The notes beneath the pieces are model-generated. The model ran no database searches, was not told the DNA's origin, and saw nothing but the letters and a program-made list of their open reading frames with translations. DNA of 64,000 nt. Source: an uncultured Candidatus Saccharibacteria bacterium. Its GTDB lineage: Bacteria; Patescibacteriota; Saccharimonadia; Saccharimonadales; Saccharimonadaceae. A program made the position numbers and the translations under genes. Positions 29,119 through 37,764 of the stretch are shown here, in pieces; position 1 is the stretch's first letter; every line of letters begins with the position of its first letter. The stretch lies in assembly GCA_964407015.1 (NCBI GenBank), contig CAYOTX010000001.1, positions 1,708 through 65,707 of the forward strand, written 5' to 3'.

Positions 29119-29148
29119 TGGTGGGGGTTAATTAGCCAGGTTTTAACA
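29119..29148 (+). repeat. Motif M, copy 3
   Basis: TGGTGGGGGTTAATTAGCCAGGTTTTAACA (1 mismatch to the other copies). Confidence 0.85.
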
Positions 29149-29203
29149 ATATATAGAGAAAGCTTGCGAGAAAGACTAAAAGTACTGTATACTATAAATA
29201 GTA

Positions 29204-29683
29204 TGAATAATCCTACAAATAATGCAGCTGGACGTTTTAGAACTATAGCCGCGGCGCTCGTGTTGCTAACGAGAGAAACTGAAGATGGAACTGAGTATCT
29301 TTTGCAAAAAAAGACAAAACACTGGTTTTGCTGATGGCATGTGGGATTTTTCGGCTTCTGGACATGTAGAAAAAGATGAACCGATGGCTGCAACGGTGTG
29401 TCGTGAAGCCAAAGAAGAAGTTGGCGTTGATATTTTACCAAATGATATTGAGTTTATGGGGTTACTACACTCTTTTGGCGACGATGGCGAACCAAGATTT
29501 TTAGGTTGTTTTAAAGTAAATAATTATTCTGGTGAGATAAAAATAGGTGAGCCAGAAAAAATTGCAGAGCTAAAGTGGTTTAACGAAAATAATTTACCAG
29601 ATAACATTATAGATTCACGAAAGAAGGCGCTTGATAGATTTAAAAAAGACGGAGTTTTTTATCAAGAATTTGGTTGGGATTAA
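29204..29683 (+). CDS. NUDIX hydrolase (start uncertain)
   Basis: WDFSASGHVEKDEPMAATVCREAKEEVG Nudix box; the ORF-track ATG at 29285 gives an N-terminus that does not look like NUDIX, so an upstream start near 29204 or a frameshift is possible. Confidence 0.7.
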
Positions 29684-29685
29684 TT

Positions 29686-29852
29686 GGGCCAAATAGTTGG
29701 GGATTTAACGGATGAAATTATAGAGGTAAAATATGGTTTTTGGCATGTTTTTACCGCAAAAAACAGCATAAAAATAACCCTCTATTTCTGTAAGGGATTT
29801 AACAGGCATTTATAGGTTACGGAATAGTTGAAAAAACATTTCATAAACCGTT
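29686..29852 (+). repeat. Repeat R2 abutting the tRNA-Leu 3' end
   Basis: Homologous to R1 (26990-27154). Confidence 0.85.
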
Positions 29853-29939
29853 TGGTGGGCGAGGAGGGACTTGAACCCTCACGACCTTGCGATCACAAGA
29901 TTTTGAGTCTAGCGCGTCTACCAGTTCCGCCACTCGCCC
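29853..29939 (-). tRNA. tRNA-Leu(CAA)
   Basis: GGGCGAGTGGCGGAACTGGTAGACGCG...CT-CAA-AA...long variable arm...GTTCAAGTC...CCCACCA. Confidence 0.95.
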
Positions 29940-29986
29940 ATATCTTTATTTTAACATATTTTGGTGAATTATGCTATAATTTTATT

Positions 29987-31198
29987 ATGGATTCGGAAAA
30001 AGGTGGGCTATCTTCTAGAGACGTACAGAGGCAGACGGCCGCGCAAATCGCTAGGAAAAAGGTGCTAGCGGCTTATGCTCAGTCGGCCAAAAAAGCGGCG
30101 AGCAATCCAGAAAATAACGATGCTCACCTAAAAAATGAACCCGTAGCACCGAAGATTAATTCAGAATCGTGGAAAAAGTATCATTCGGCATGGCAAGATT
30201 ATTATCAAAAATATTATAGTGATTATTACTCTAAAGCGGCTCGGACCTATATAGAAAAAGAGCGCTTAAAAGACGCTCGCGAGAAGGCAGATGAGGAGGA
30301 AATATTAAGCTCGCTAGCCCGCAATAGTGCCAAAACCGATAAAAAGGCCGGGCTATCATTGACAGAGGAAAAATCCAAAGGAAGCGCGTCTTTTTCTTCC
30401 GAAAATGAAGATATTAAAAGTAGACTTCGAAAAACTATTCGGAAAAAAGCCACCGAAAGCGCCAAAAAATCTAGGCGACGACGGCACTGGATACCAGTGC
30501 TGGCTGGGGTAGCAGTGGTGTTATTAATACTGTTTTTGCAATACAACCGGCTGATTTTTGCGCCGATTATGGCCTATGTGTCGCCCGGCAATGTGCCAGC
30601 CTCGGGTATAGAGGCAATAGACCCTACAGTAACACAGACAGTATCGGCAGATCCGCGGCTGATAATCCCTAAACTAAATATAGATGTGCCGATACGCTTT
30701 GAGGTACCTTTAGACGGCGTAATGAGCGCGATGAATAATGGGGTGGCGCATTACCGTATTGCTGGGGCTAGCGCATACCCGGGTGAAATTGGCAACCTAG
30801 TGATTACGGGGCATTCGGCGGGTGATATTTATAGCTCTAACCCATACAAATATATCTTTTCGGGGCTAGAAAGGCTGGAAGACGGCGACTTGATTTATGT
30901 GAACTATAATTCGGTGCGCTATACTTACCGTGTGATTAAAAAAGAAGTGGTAGAGCCAAGCAATGTGGCGGCCCTAGTAGTGGAAACTAATAAGCCCCTA
31001 ATTACCTTGGTGACCTGTACTCCACTTGGCACCTCTAGGTATCGCTTGCTAGTGACTGGCGAACAAATCTCACCGAGTTACGAAGGAGCAGAGAGCGCGG
31101 AAGACTTACCAACGATAGACCAAAATGATAGTGATGCTTTACCTTCCAATGAACCTTCTTTCTTTGAAGGGATTTGGAACTGGATGACAGGGAATTAA
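29987..31198 (+). CDS. Sortase with extended N-terminus
   Basis: ITGHS, LITLVTCTPLG, YRLLVTG; TM before the catalytic domain; the ORF-track start overlaps the tRNA, so ATG 29987 is used. Confidence 0.9.
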   Translation: MDSEKGGLSSRDVQRQTAAQIARKKVLAAYAQSAKKAASNPENNDAHLKNEPVAPKINSESWKKYHSAWQDYYQKYYSDYYSKAARTYIEKERLKDAREKADEEEILSSLARNSAKTDKKAGLSLTEEKSKGSASFSSENEDIKSRLRKTIRKKATESAKKSRRRRHWIPVLAGVAVVLLILFLQYNRLIFAPIMAYVSPGNVPASGIEAIDPTVTQTVSADPRLIIPKLNIDVPIRFEVPLDGVMSAMNNGVAHYRIAGASAYPGEIGNLVITGHSAGDIYSSNPYKYIFSGLERLEDGDLIYVNYNSVRYTYRVIKKEVVEPSNVAALVVETNKPLITLVTCTPLGTSRYRLLVTGEQISPSYEGAESAEDLPTIDQNDSDALPSNEPSFFEGIWNWMTGN

Positions 31199-31201
31199 TT
31201 G

Positions 31202-32620
31202 TTATTTGTCTAATGATTCACGCACTAAATAATTGTCGCTAAAATAGTATAGCCATTTGTCGCCAGTGATAGCGGCGGGGAAGTGACTAGCAACATTTTT
31301 GGCGATAGAACGGCGATTAAGACCGTCGTAGTCGTAGACGATAAGCTCGCCCTCGGCTACTGAATAAAACATGTCGTTGTCTAGCCAGCCGAAATTTTCG
31401 CTATCTATAGACCAGTCTAGTACAGAGGTGGATTCCATATCTAGGGTAGCAATTTGAGCACCCTTGGTCATAGTGATAAATTCACCGCTGTGGCCTACCT
31501 CTATGGTATCGGGTATAAAGGAAAGCTCAAAACTAGAGATTTCAGAGAAATCTTCTTTTTTGTAAAGCGTAGCTATGTTGTCTTCTAGAATGGTGATGTA
31601 TTTATCGTCGTAAAACTTGCTCATTACGACTTTGGTTGGGGCAGAAGTGGTTTTAAGCTCGGTAATTTTACTGTCTCCGATTTTGATAATACCTACATAA
31701 TAGCTTGGGGCTTCAAGCGACGAATCTGTAGCAGAAAAGATAATTTCGTTGTTGTTGTAATGGTCGAAATAGTTGACATTTTCTACAAGTACGGCCGAGA
31801 GAGATTTATTGCCGAGGTCGATCTTGTGTAAGTTACCATCCTGAATGGCTAGTAAATTATTAGAAGAATTGTCTAGGATTTGGATTTCACTAAAATTGCT
31901 ACTACCAAACTCTTTGTTGAGATTGATGCTTTTGTCGGGATTTTTCACATCTAGAAGCACCCATTCTTTACCGGCGTCGGTGGCCACCTCAAAGAGCGCG
32001 TGGCTAGCATTGTAATCCCAGCTAATGTCTAGAATACGGCCGGTAAATAAGCCTTTTTCAGCGCCCTCGGCTAAACTGACACTAGAAAATAGATCTGCAA
32101 CGTCTATTTTAGTTGGTGTGACAGTGTCACTATCTAAATTGACCAGGCTCCATTCGGTGGTATCGTTGATTAGTAGGAATAAGTTATGATCTGGCGAGGC
32201 CGAGACAAGCGTAGTACCACTAACATCTAGCATATTTTCAGGGGTGCGGTCGGTAGGGAAAAGGCGGGGGTAGTGAATACGGTAAAGTAAACCCTCGGAA
32301 ATGTTGATAGTTTTAGACCAAGAATCGTATCCCTCTTTGGAAAGAGAAATGGTATGTTCGCCAACTGGCAAGACTTTAGAAGTATTAGTGCGCTGCAGCC
32401 AAGAAGAGCTACCGTCTATATAAATGTCGGCGCCGGTAGGAATGGAGGAAATTTGCAGCAAACCTTGGCGCTCTACTTTAAAATCAGAATTAAGCCAGTA
32501 GCCAGAAACCATAAAAGCCAAAACAACTACCGTCATAACAACGGCGATCACCATAATAGCTTCCGAAACAATAACTCTAAGGCTTTGACGCCGTTTGGCT
32601 TTATCGGGATCCATATACAT
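31202..32620 (-). CDS. PEGA-domain protein
   Basis: N-terminal TM; ISSIPTGADIYIDG...ISLSKEGY..W. Confidence 0.8.
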   Translation of the reverse strand: MYMDPDKAKRRQSLRVIVSEAIMVIAVVMTVVVLAFMVSGYWLNSDFKVERQGLLQISSIPTGADIYIDGSSSWLQRTNTSKVLPVGEHTISLSKEGYDSWSKTINISEGLLYRIHYPRLFPTDRTPENMLDVSGTTLVSASPDHNLFLLINDTTEWSLVNLDSDTVTPTKIDVADLFSSVSLAEGAEKGLFTGRILDISWDYNASHALFEVATDAGKEWVLLDVKNPDKSINLNKEFGSSNFSEIQILDNSSNNLLAIQDGNLHKIDLGNKSLSAVLVENVNYFDHYNNNEIIFSATDSSLEAPSYYVGIIKIGDSKITELKTTSAPTKVVMSKFYDDKYITILEDNIATLYKKEDFSEISSFELSFIPDTIEVGHSGEFITMTKGAQIATLDMESTSVLDWSIDSENFGWLDNDMFYSVAEGELIVYDYDGLNRRSIAKNVASHFPAAITGDKWLYYFSDNYLVRESLDK

Positions 32621-32705
32621 ATTATAACATAAAAAGCATAAAAATTAGCTCTTGCGTTTTCGCGCTGGAAATAGTATTATAGGTATAGATAAAAGCGAGG
32701 TAAAA

Positions 32706-33566
32706 ATGCAAAAATCAGATACTAATGTGGCTAAAACTGTCCGTCGTAAAGTGCAGACTTCTACCACGCTGAATAGAAAATACGTAAAAAGGCCGGTAAA
32801 AAGTACCGACGTGATGGTATCGATCAAGCGCAGTCCTAAAGTAAAGCGTTTTGATACTCCGGCACCAGTTACTAAGAAGATGCAGGAAGACCAACCAATA
32901 GCGCCTAGCATAGTGCACCCAATGCAAGCTGCAGCGATTACAAAAATGCAAAGCCGTACTACGGCCCCTGTAGCTAAAAAAATGACGGCGAAAGAACTAA
33001 AGGATCAGGCAATCCAAAGAGCTCTAGCAAGCGCGTCAAAAACTTCCGAAAATATGGATGCTAAGAAGACTAAAAAGTCTAAAAAGGCACCAAAACTACA
33101 CTTTGGATTAGGTAGAGTAGTACTAGCCCTTTCTTGCGCAGCGGCAGCGGTGTTCGCAATTGTGTATTTTGTGAATTTAAATATGCCAGATATCTCGATG
33201 CGAGTAGCGGCCATGCAGACTGGCATAGAGGCTACTTACCCTAGCTATGTACCACGTGATTTTAGTTTATCGGATATCACTTCAGAAAACGGTAAAGTAG
33301 TTTTGAGTTTTAAAAATTCCGGTACGGGTGATGCATTTTCATTAACCGAGGAAACTTCTTCATGGGATTCGAACGCGCTTTTGGCGAATTTCGTCAAAGA
33401 TGAATACGGGGATAATTATACTACCGTGCGTGAGCAAGGGCTGACTATATATATTAGTGGCGGCGGTGATGCAGCTTGGGTAAATGGCGGAGTAGTATAT
33501 AAGATAGACTCTACGGCTGGCGCACTAACTAAGAAACAAATTAACACCATAGCGACATCGTTATAG
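32706..33566 (+). CDS. Membrane-anchored protein (DUF4367-like C-terminus)
   Basis: Basic N-terminus, TM, PSYVPRDF. Confidence 0.55.
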   Translation: MQKSDTNVAKTVRRKVQTSTTLNRKYVKRPVKSTDVMVSIKRSPKVKRFDTPAPVTKKMQEDQPIAPSIVHPMQAAAITKMQSRTTAPVAKKMTAKELKDQAIQRALASASKTSENMDAKKTKKSKKAPKLHFGLGRVVLALSCAAAAVFAIVYFVNLNMPDISMRVAAMQTGIEATYPSYVPRDFSLSDITSENGKVVLSFKNSGTGDAFSLTEETSSWDSNALLANFVKDEYGDNYTTVREQGLTIYISGGGDAAWVNGGVVYKIDSTAGALTKKQINTIATSL

Positions 33567-33648
33567 TCTTGGATTTTCTTTTCTAAAAGCTCAATAAAAA
33601 AACCAGCTTAAAAATTAAGACGGGAGCGGATTCCGTTTTAATCTTGGG

Positions 33649-35088
33649 CTAAATGCTTCGGGTGACAGCGTTGAGCCGAGCCAAGGTAATTTCGCGTCCT
33701 AGCACTTCCATGGTAAGGTTGAGGGCCGGGCTAAACGGCGCAAAACTGACAGCAATACGGATAAGACTAAAGAGTTCGGCAGGTTTTTTGCTAGTTTCGG
33801 CAAGGAGTTCGTTGAGGGCTTCTTGCAAAGTGTCGGCATTCCAATCTTCGAGATCGGTAAGTTTATTAATGGACTGTTTTAATAGATTCTCTAGCTCAGC
33901 TTCGGAAAGTTTTTTGAGGAATTTGTTATTGATGAGCATGTCTAAATCTATACGCGGGTCTTCGAAGAAGTAAGTAGTCATTTCGCGTAGATCAGAAAGA
34001 GTTTTCAGGCGATCGTAGATAATGGAAAGGACCTTGAGTTTATATTCATCGGAAAAATCTTTGGCGATTTCGGGCCAGAAATTAGCGGTGCGAGCATAGA
34101 GTGCTTCGGCGCCTTGCTCAGTATAGATACGGCGGATCCATTGACCGTTAAGCCAAAGTAATTTCGTCTCGTCATAGCGAGCGCCAGAAGTCTGGATGCG
34201 ATCTAGGGAAAAGTTTTTAATTAGCTCGTCTTTAGTGTAAACTTCCTGCTCGGTGCCGTCGTTCCAGCCAAGGCAGGCAAGGTAGTTTAGCATAGCTTCA
34301 GCCAGTACGCCATCGTCGCGATATTCAGTGACAGATTTGGCACCGTCGCGCTTGCCAAGTTTTTTATTGCCTTGGGGGGCTAGAATATGCGGCAGGGAAA
34401 CTAGCTTTGGCAGAGTAAGATTTAGAGCCTCATAAAGCGCTAGATAATTTGGCGTACTAGAAAGATATTCTACACCGCGCATCACGTGGGTGACGCCCAT
34501 TTCGGCATCGTCTACAATGTGGGCAAAGTTGTAAGTAGGGTAGCCGTCTTTTTTGATTAAAATAATATCGTCTAATACCTCGGGGCCGGCATGCATGTCG
34601 CCCATGACTTCGTCGTGCCAGGTGTAGGACTTAGGCTCAGCCTTGAACCGTAGTGGCATACCCAGCTCCCATTCGGGAGTATCTTCGGGGCGGAAGTTGC
34701 GGTACAAGAACGGTACCTTTTCTTTATTACATTTTTCACGATATGCAGCGATTTTTTCGGGTGGGGTAGGGTCGGCATAGGCACGACCGGACGCAATTAG
34801 TTTACGCGCCCATTTGTGATAATTTTCCATACGTTCACTTTGGAAATATGGGCCATTTGGGCCGCCCACGATAGGGCCTTCATCCCAATTTAGGCCAAGC
34901 CATTCTAGAGTATTTTCAATTAGCTCGGTGGCACCCTCTACATAACGGGCGCGATCAGTGTCTTCGATACGCAAAATCATCTTGCCGTTATTTTGCCGGG
35001 CAATCAGATATGGGTAGATAGCCGAACGCACATTGCCGATATGAATATACCCCGTAGGGCTAGGGGCAAACCTAGTGATAATTTCCAT
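33649..35088 (-). CDS. gltX: Glutamate-tRNA ligase
   Basis: TRFAPSPTGYIHIG, LRIEDTD, KKLGKRDG. Confidence 0.97.
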   Translation of the reverse strand: MEIITRFAPSPTGYIHIGNVRSAIYPYLIARQNNGKMILRIEDTDRARYVEGATELIENTLEWLGLNWDEGPIVGGPNGPYFQSERMENYHKWARKLIASGRAYADPTPPEKIAAYREKCNKEKVPFLYRNFRPEDTPEWELGMPLRFKAEPKSYTWHDEVMGDMHAGPEVLDDIILIKKDGYPTYNFAHIVDDAEMGVTHVMRGVEYLSSTPNYLALYEALNLTLPKLVSLPHILAPQGNKKLGKRDGAKSVTEYRDDGVLAEAMLNYLACLGWNDGTEQEVYTKDELIKNFSLDRIQTSGARYDETKLLWLNGQWIRRIYTEQGAEALYARTANFWPEIAKDFSDEYKLKVLSIIYDRLKTLSDLREMTTYFFEDPRIDLDMLINNKFLKKLSEAELENLLKQSINKLTDLEDWNADTLQEALNELLAETSKKPAELFSLIRIAVSFAPFSPALNLTMEVLGREITLARLNAVTRSI

Positions 35089-35106
35089 ATATTTATTATA
35101 ACATAT

Positions 35107-36063
35107 TTATATGGTTTCTTCTTCGTCCTCATCGTCGTCTTTTTTGCGCTTGGCGAGGATGAAGAAAACAATACCAGTGCCAGCAACCACAGAAGCCGTA
35201 GCTGCTAGTGCAGTAGTGAGCATTGAGCCCTCATAGATATTAGAGCTGGATACTTCAGTGGCACCCTGTGGCGGAGTGTAGCCTTCGTATGCACTAGTGT
35301 TGTCGCCTGGGGTGACTTGAGTAGTGGTTTCGGTGGTAGCGGTAGCACCACTGCCCCTAGTGGTGGTGTAAGTGTATGCCGTAGCGTTAGCGGTAGAGTT
35401 GTATTCTGCGGTTCGTTCTGTGCTAGGCCCAACTGGGGTAGGATCGTTGCCAGAAGGCGCCGGCAAAGGACTACCGCTAGTGCCAGATACCACACTAATA
35501 ACTACTGTACCAGAGTAAGTACCGGAAGCTTGCGAAATATCAGCTTTAGAGCCAAAATAAACATCCTGCGAGCCAGAAGCTGCGGAGCTGTTAGACAAAA
35601 TAGTGATCGGCGCAGCGGTCGAATTTACCATAGGCAGGTAAGTGCCGTTGCGCTCACCGTCTGTTATAGAGTAGCCCCAATGGTTAGCCACGAATGCGCT
35701 ACAATTAGGGTCACTACTACCGGCACAGGTATAAGAATTTCCAGAGCCTATAGTAGGGATGGTGGTATTGTTTTTTGATGAGTGCGAGAGTGCGGTGCTG
35801 GTGCCGCTAGTAGTCATGCCGGCAGTAAAACCACTAGCATTATTAGATGTAACACCTACAGTAACCTTGTTGCGCAAAAATTCGCCGACTTCACCCTCAG
35901 CCCAGGTACTAGGGGTAGTAACAGATACAGAAAGAATTTCTTGGACGTTGACTTGGAAATTAGTATTTTCGGCCGAAGCAGAAAGTGAATGCGGTGGGAA
36001 GATAAAGAATAGAGCACCAACAGAGGTGCATACCAGTGCAGCTCTAAAAATCTTCTTAAGCAT
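35107..36063 (-). CDS. Surface protein: signal peptide, WxL-like beta domain, Pro/Thr linker, C-terminal TM plus basic tail
   Basis: MLKKIF...ASA signal; NNASGFT, WGYS, SGTYSGTVV shared with the FISUMP proteins' N-domain; PPQG...TM...KRKK. Confidence 0.75.
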   Translation of the reverse strand: MLKKIFRAALVCTSVGALFFIFPPHSLSASAENTNFQVNVQEILSVSVTTPSTWAEGEVGEFLRNKVTVGVTSNNASGFTAGMTTSGTSTALSHSSKNNTTIPTIGSGNSYTCAGSSDPNCSAFVANHWGYSITDGERNGTYLPMVNSTAAPITILSNSSAASGSQDVYFGSKADISQASGTYSGTVVISVVSGTSGSPLPAPSGNDPTPVGPSTERTAEYNSTANATAYTYTTTRGSGATATTETTTQVTPGDNTSAYEGYTPPQGATEVSSSNIYEGSMLTTALAATASVVAGTGIVFFILAKRKKDDDEDEEETI

Positions 36064-36128
36064 ATTTTTATTATAGCACAACCATAATAATTTTGTGTTA
36101 AAATAAATATAAGTAATTTGGAGTGAAA

Positions 36129-37403
36129 ATGGCATTAGTGGAAAACTCGGCAAATACAAATGAAGCTATCAAAAAGGGTGTATCGTTAAACGATAGATTG
36201 TCTGATGAGGCGCCTAAAGGAGCGCTGCATTCTGATGGCCAGCAAAAATTAGATAAAAAACATTTGGCTTTTCTGATTTCTGGCATAGTGGGGTTTGTTG
36301 GGGGTATAGCATGCTTACTAATTGGGATTTTTGGCGTGGGAAGTGCCGCAGCGGAAGCTGCTTTTCCAAAAATAGGTACGGATACCAAAAATGACACTTT
36401 TAGCGATTTAACTGGCGAACCATTGGCAGACGCTTCACTAAAAACTGCGCCGGCGTATTGTATCCAGACGCCAAATGGCACCGATGGCGCACGGCCACAG
36501 GCCGGGCTAAACGAAGCCGGTGTAATATTTGAAGCAATCGCCGAGGCCGGCATCACTAGATTTGCCGCAATTTATCAAAATCCGAACTCGGCAGTGATTG
36601 GACCGATAAGATCTTTGCGCATATATTATCTGCAATGGGACACCCCGTTTGATTGCACCATAGTGCATGCTGGCGGAGCGGCTGATGCCTTAGCGGCAGT
36701 AGCGTCGGGTGGATATAAAGATTTATCAGAAGATTACACCTATATGTACCGTGGCACTTATGGCTCTAGACTATGGAATAATTTGTTTACTACTTCGGCA
36801 TATTTAAAACAATATAGTACAGACCACGGATATGACACGTCAAACATTAAAGGCTTTACCCGGATGACGCCAGATGAGGCCAATAAATCAAGGGTGGGCG
36901 CTAATGCCAAAGAAAAATTGAATATCGTGAAAAGCACAACTGCAGACACATCCGAAACGGTAGCAGGTGTGAATAGTATTACCCTAAACCTAGGTGGCTG
37001 GGCAGATTTTAATGTACATTACGATTATAATGCCGAAACTAATACTTATTTTAGAAGCTATGCGTCTGGGACGCCACATGAAGTATACGCGTGTGATGCG
37101 GTAGATCTGGGTGAAAAGAATCCAGAAGATGTATGTAGCCTAACCCAGATGAATCCTTCTGTAGTAATTGCCATGGTAGTACAAGAAGGGAAAGCATCGG
37201 ACAACTATCATGAGGATATCGACACCATCGGCACCGGCGATGCGTATATTTTCCAAAATGGCACAGTAATTGAAGGGACTTGGGCGAAGGGCGATGTAGA
37301 TCAGCAAATTAAGTTCTTTGGCGAAGATGGATCGGAGGTTTCTTTGGCGCCTGGGCAAACAATTGTCTCGGCGGTACCAGCCTATGGAAGTGTTGAATAT
37401 TAG
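36129..37403 (+). CDS. DUF3048-family protein
   Basis: ARPQAGL, EAIAEAGITRFAA, GPIRSLR. Confidence 0.85.
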   Translation: MALVENSANTNEAIKKGVSLNDRLSDEAPKGALHSDGQQKLDKKHLAFLISGIVGFVGGIACLLIGIFGVGSAAAEAAFPKIGTDTKNDTFSDLTGEPLADASLKTAPAYCIQTPNGTDGARPQAGLNEAGVIFEAIAEAGITRFAAIYQNPNSAVIGPIRSLRIYYLQWDTPFDCTIVHAGGAADALAAVASGGYKDLSEDYTYMYRGTYGSRLWNNLFTTSAYLKQYSTDHGYDTSNIKGFTRMTPDEANKSRVGANAKEKLNIVKSTTADTSETVAGVNSITLNLGGWADFNVHYDYNAETNTYFRSYASGTPHEVYACDAVDLGEKNPEDVCSLTQMNPSVVIAMVVQEGKASDNYHEDIDTIGTGDAYIFQNGTVIEGTWAKGDVDQQIKFFGEDGSEVSLAPGQTIVSAVPAYGSVEY

Positions 37404-37477
37404 ATAAATTTGTGTTAAAATAGTGGTAGTAGCTCCTGAAGAAATTTGCCGAGCAAACTTCTTGCGGAACTACATTC

Positions 37478-37554
37478 GGCTCCTTCGTCTAGTGGTCCAG
37501 GACGTCTGGTTCTCATCCAGAAAATCGCGGGTTCGACTCCCGCAGGAGTCACCA
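37478..37554 (+). tRNA. tRNA-Glu(CTC)
   Basis: GGCTCCT acceptor stem, TCTGG-TT-CTC-AT-CCAGA anticodon arm, GGTTCGACTCC, ends ACCA. Confidence 0.95.
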
Positions 37555-37716
37555 CAAACGAAAGTAGACCCGAAGGGTCTAGTTTTGTTTGTGGTAGGTT
37601 CTGTAAGAACCGAGGCCGCGAAGCGGGTTCGCTCGTGGTAGGAGTTGAGCAAAAAGAAAGTAAACTTTCTTTTTCGAAACGACGCCCCACGAATTAGCGA
37701 GCGTAGCGAGACAAAA

Positions 37717-37737
37717 TCCCGCAGGAGTCACCACAAA
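37717..37737 (+). repeat. Duplicated tRNA-Glu 3' end (att-like)
   Basis: TCCCGCAGGAGTCACCACAAA identical to 37538-37558. Confidence 0.85.
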
Positions 37738-37764
37738 ATATAGCCTTAAAATGAGGCTTATATT

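Noticed and set aside
26990-29860. Classical integron attC sites (ATTTAAC fits RYYYAAC)
   Set aside because: No matching GTTRRRY with attC-type inverted boxes at the right distance, no IntI, and cassette genes lie in both orientations.
29828-29986. ORF-track N-terminal extension of the sortase
   Set aside because: It is the antisense reading of tRNA-Leu; the real start is ATG 29987.
37415-37697. Several short ORFs over 37415-37697
   Set aside because: They overlap tRNA-Glu and its terminator and are shadow ORFs.
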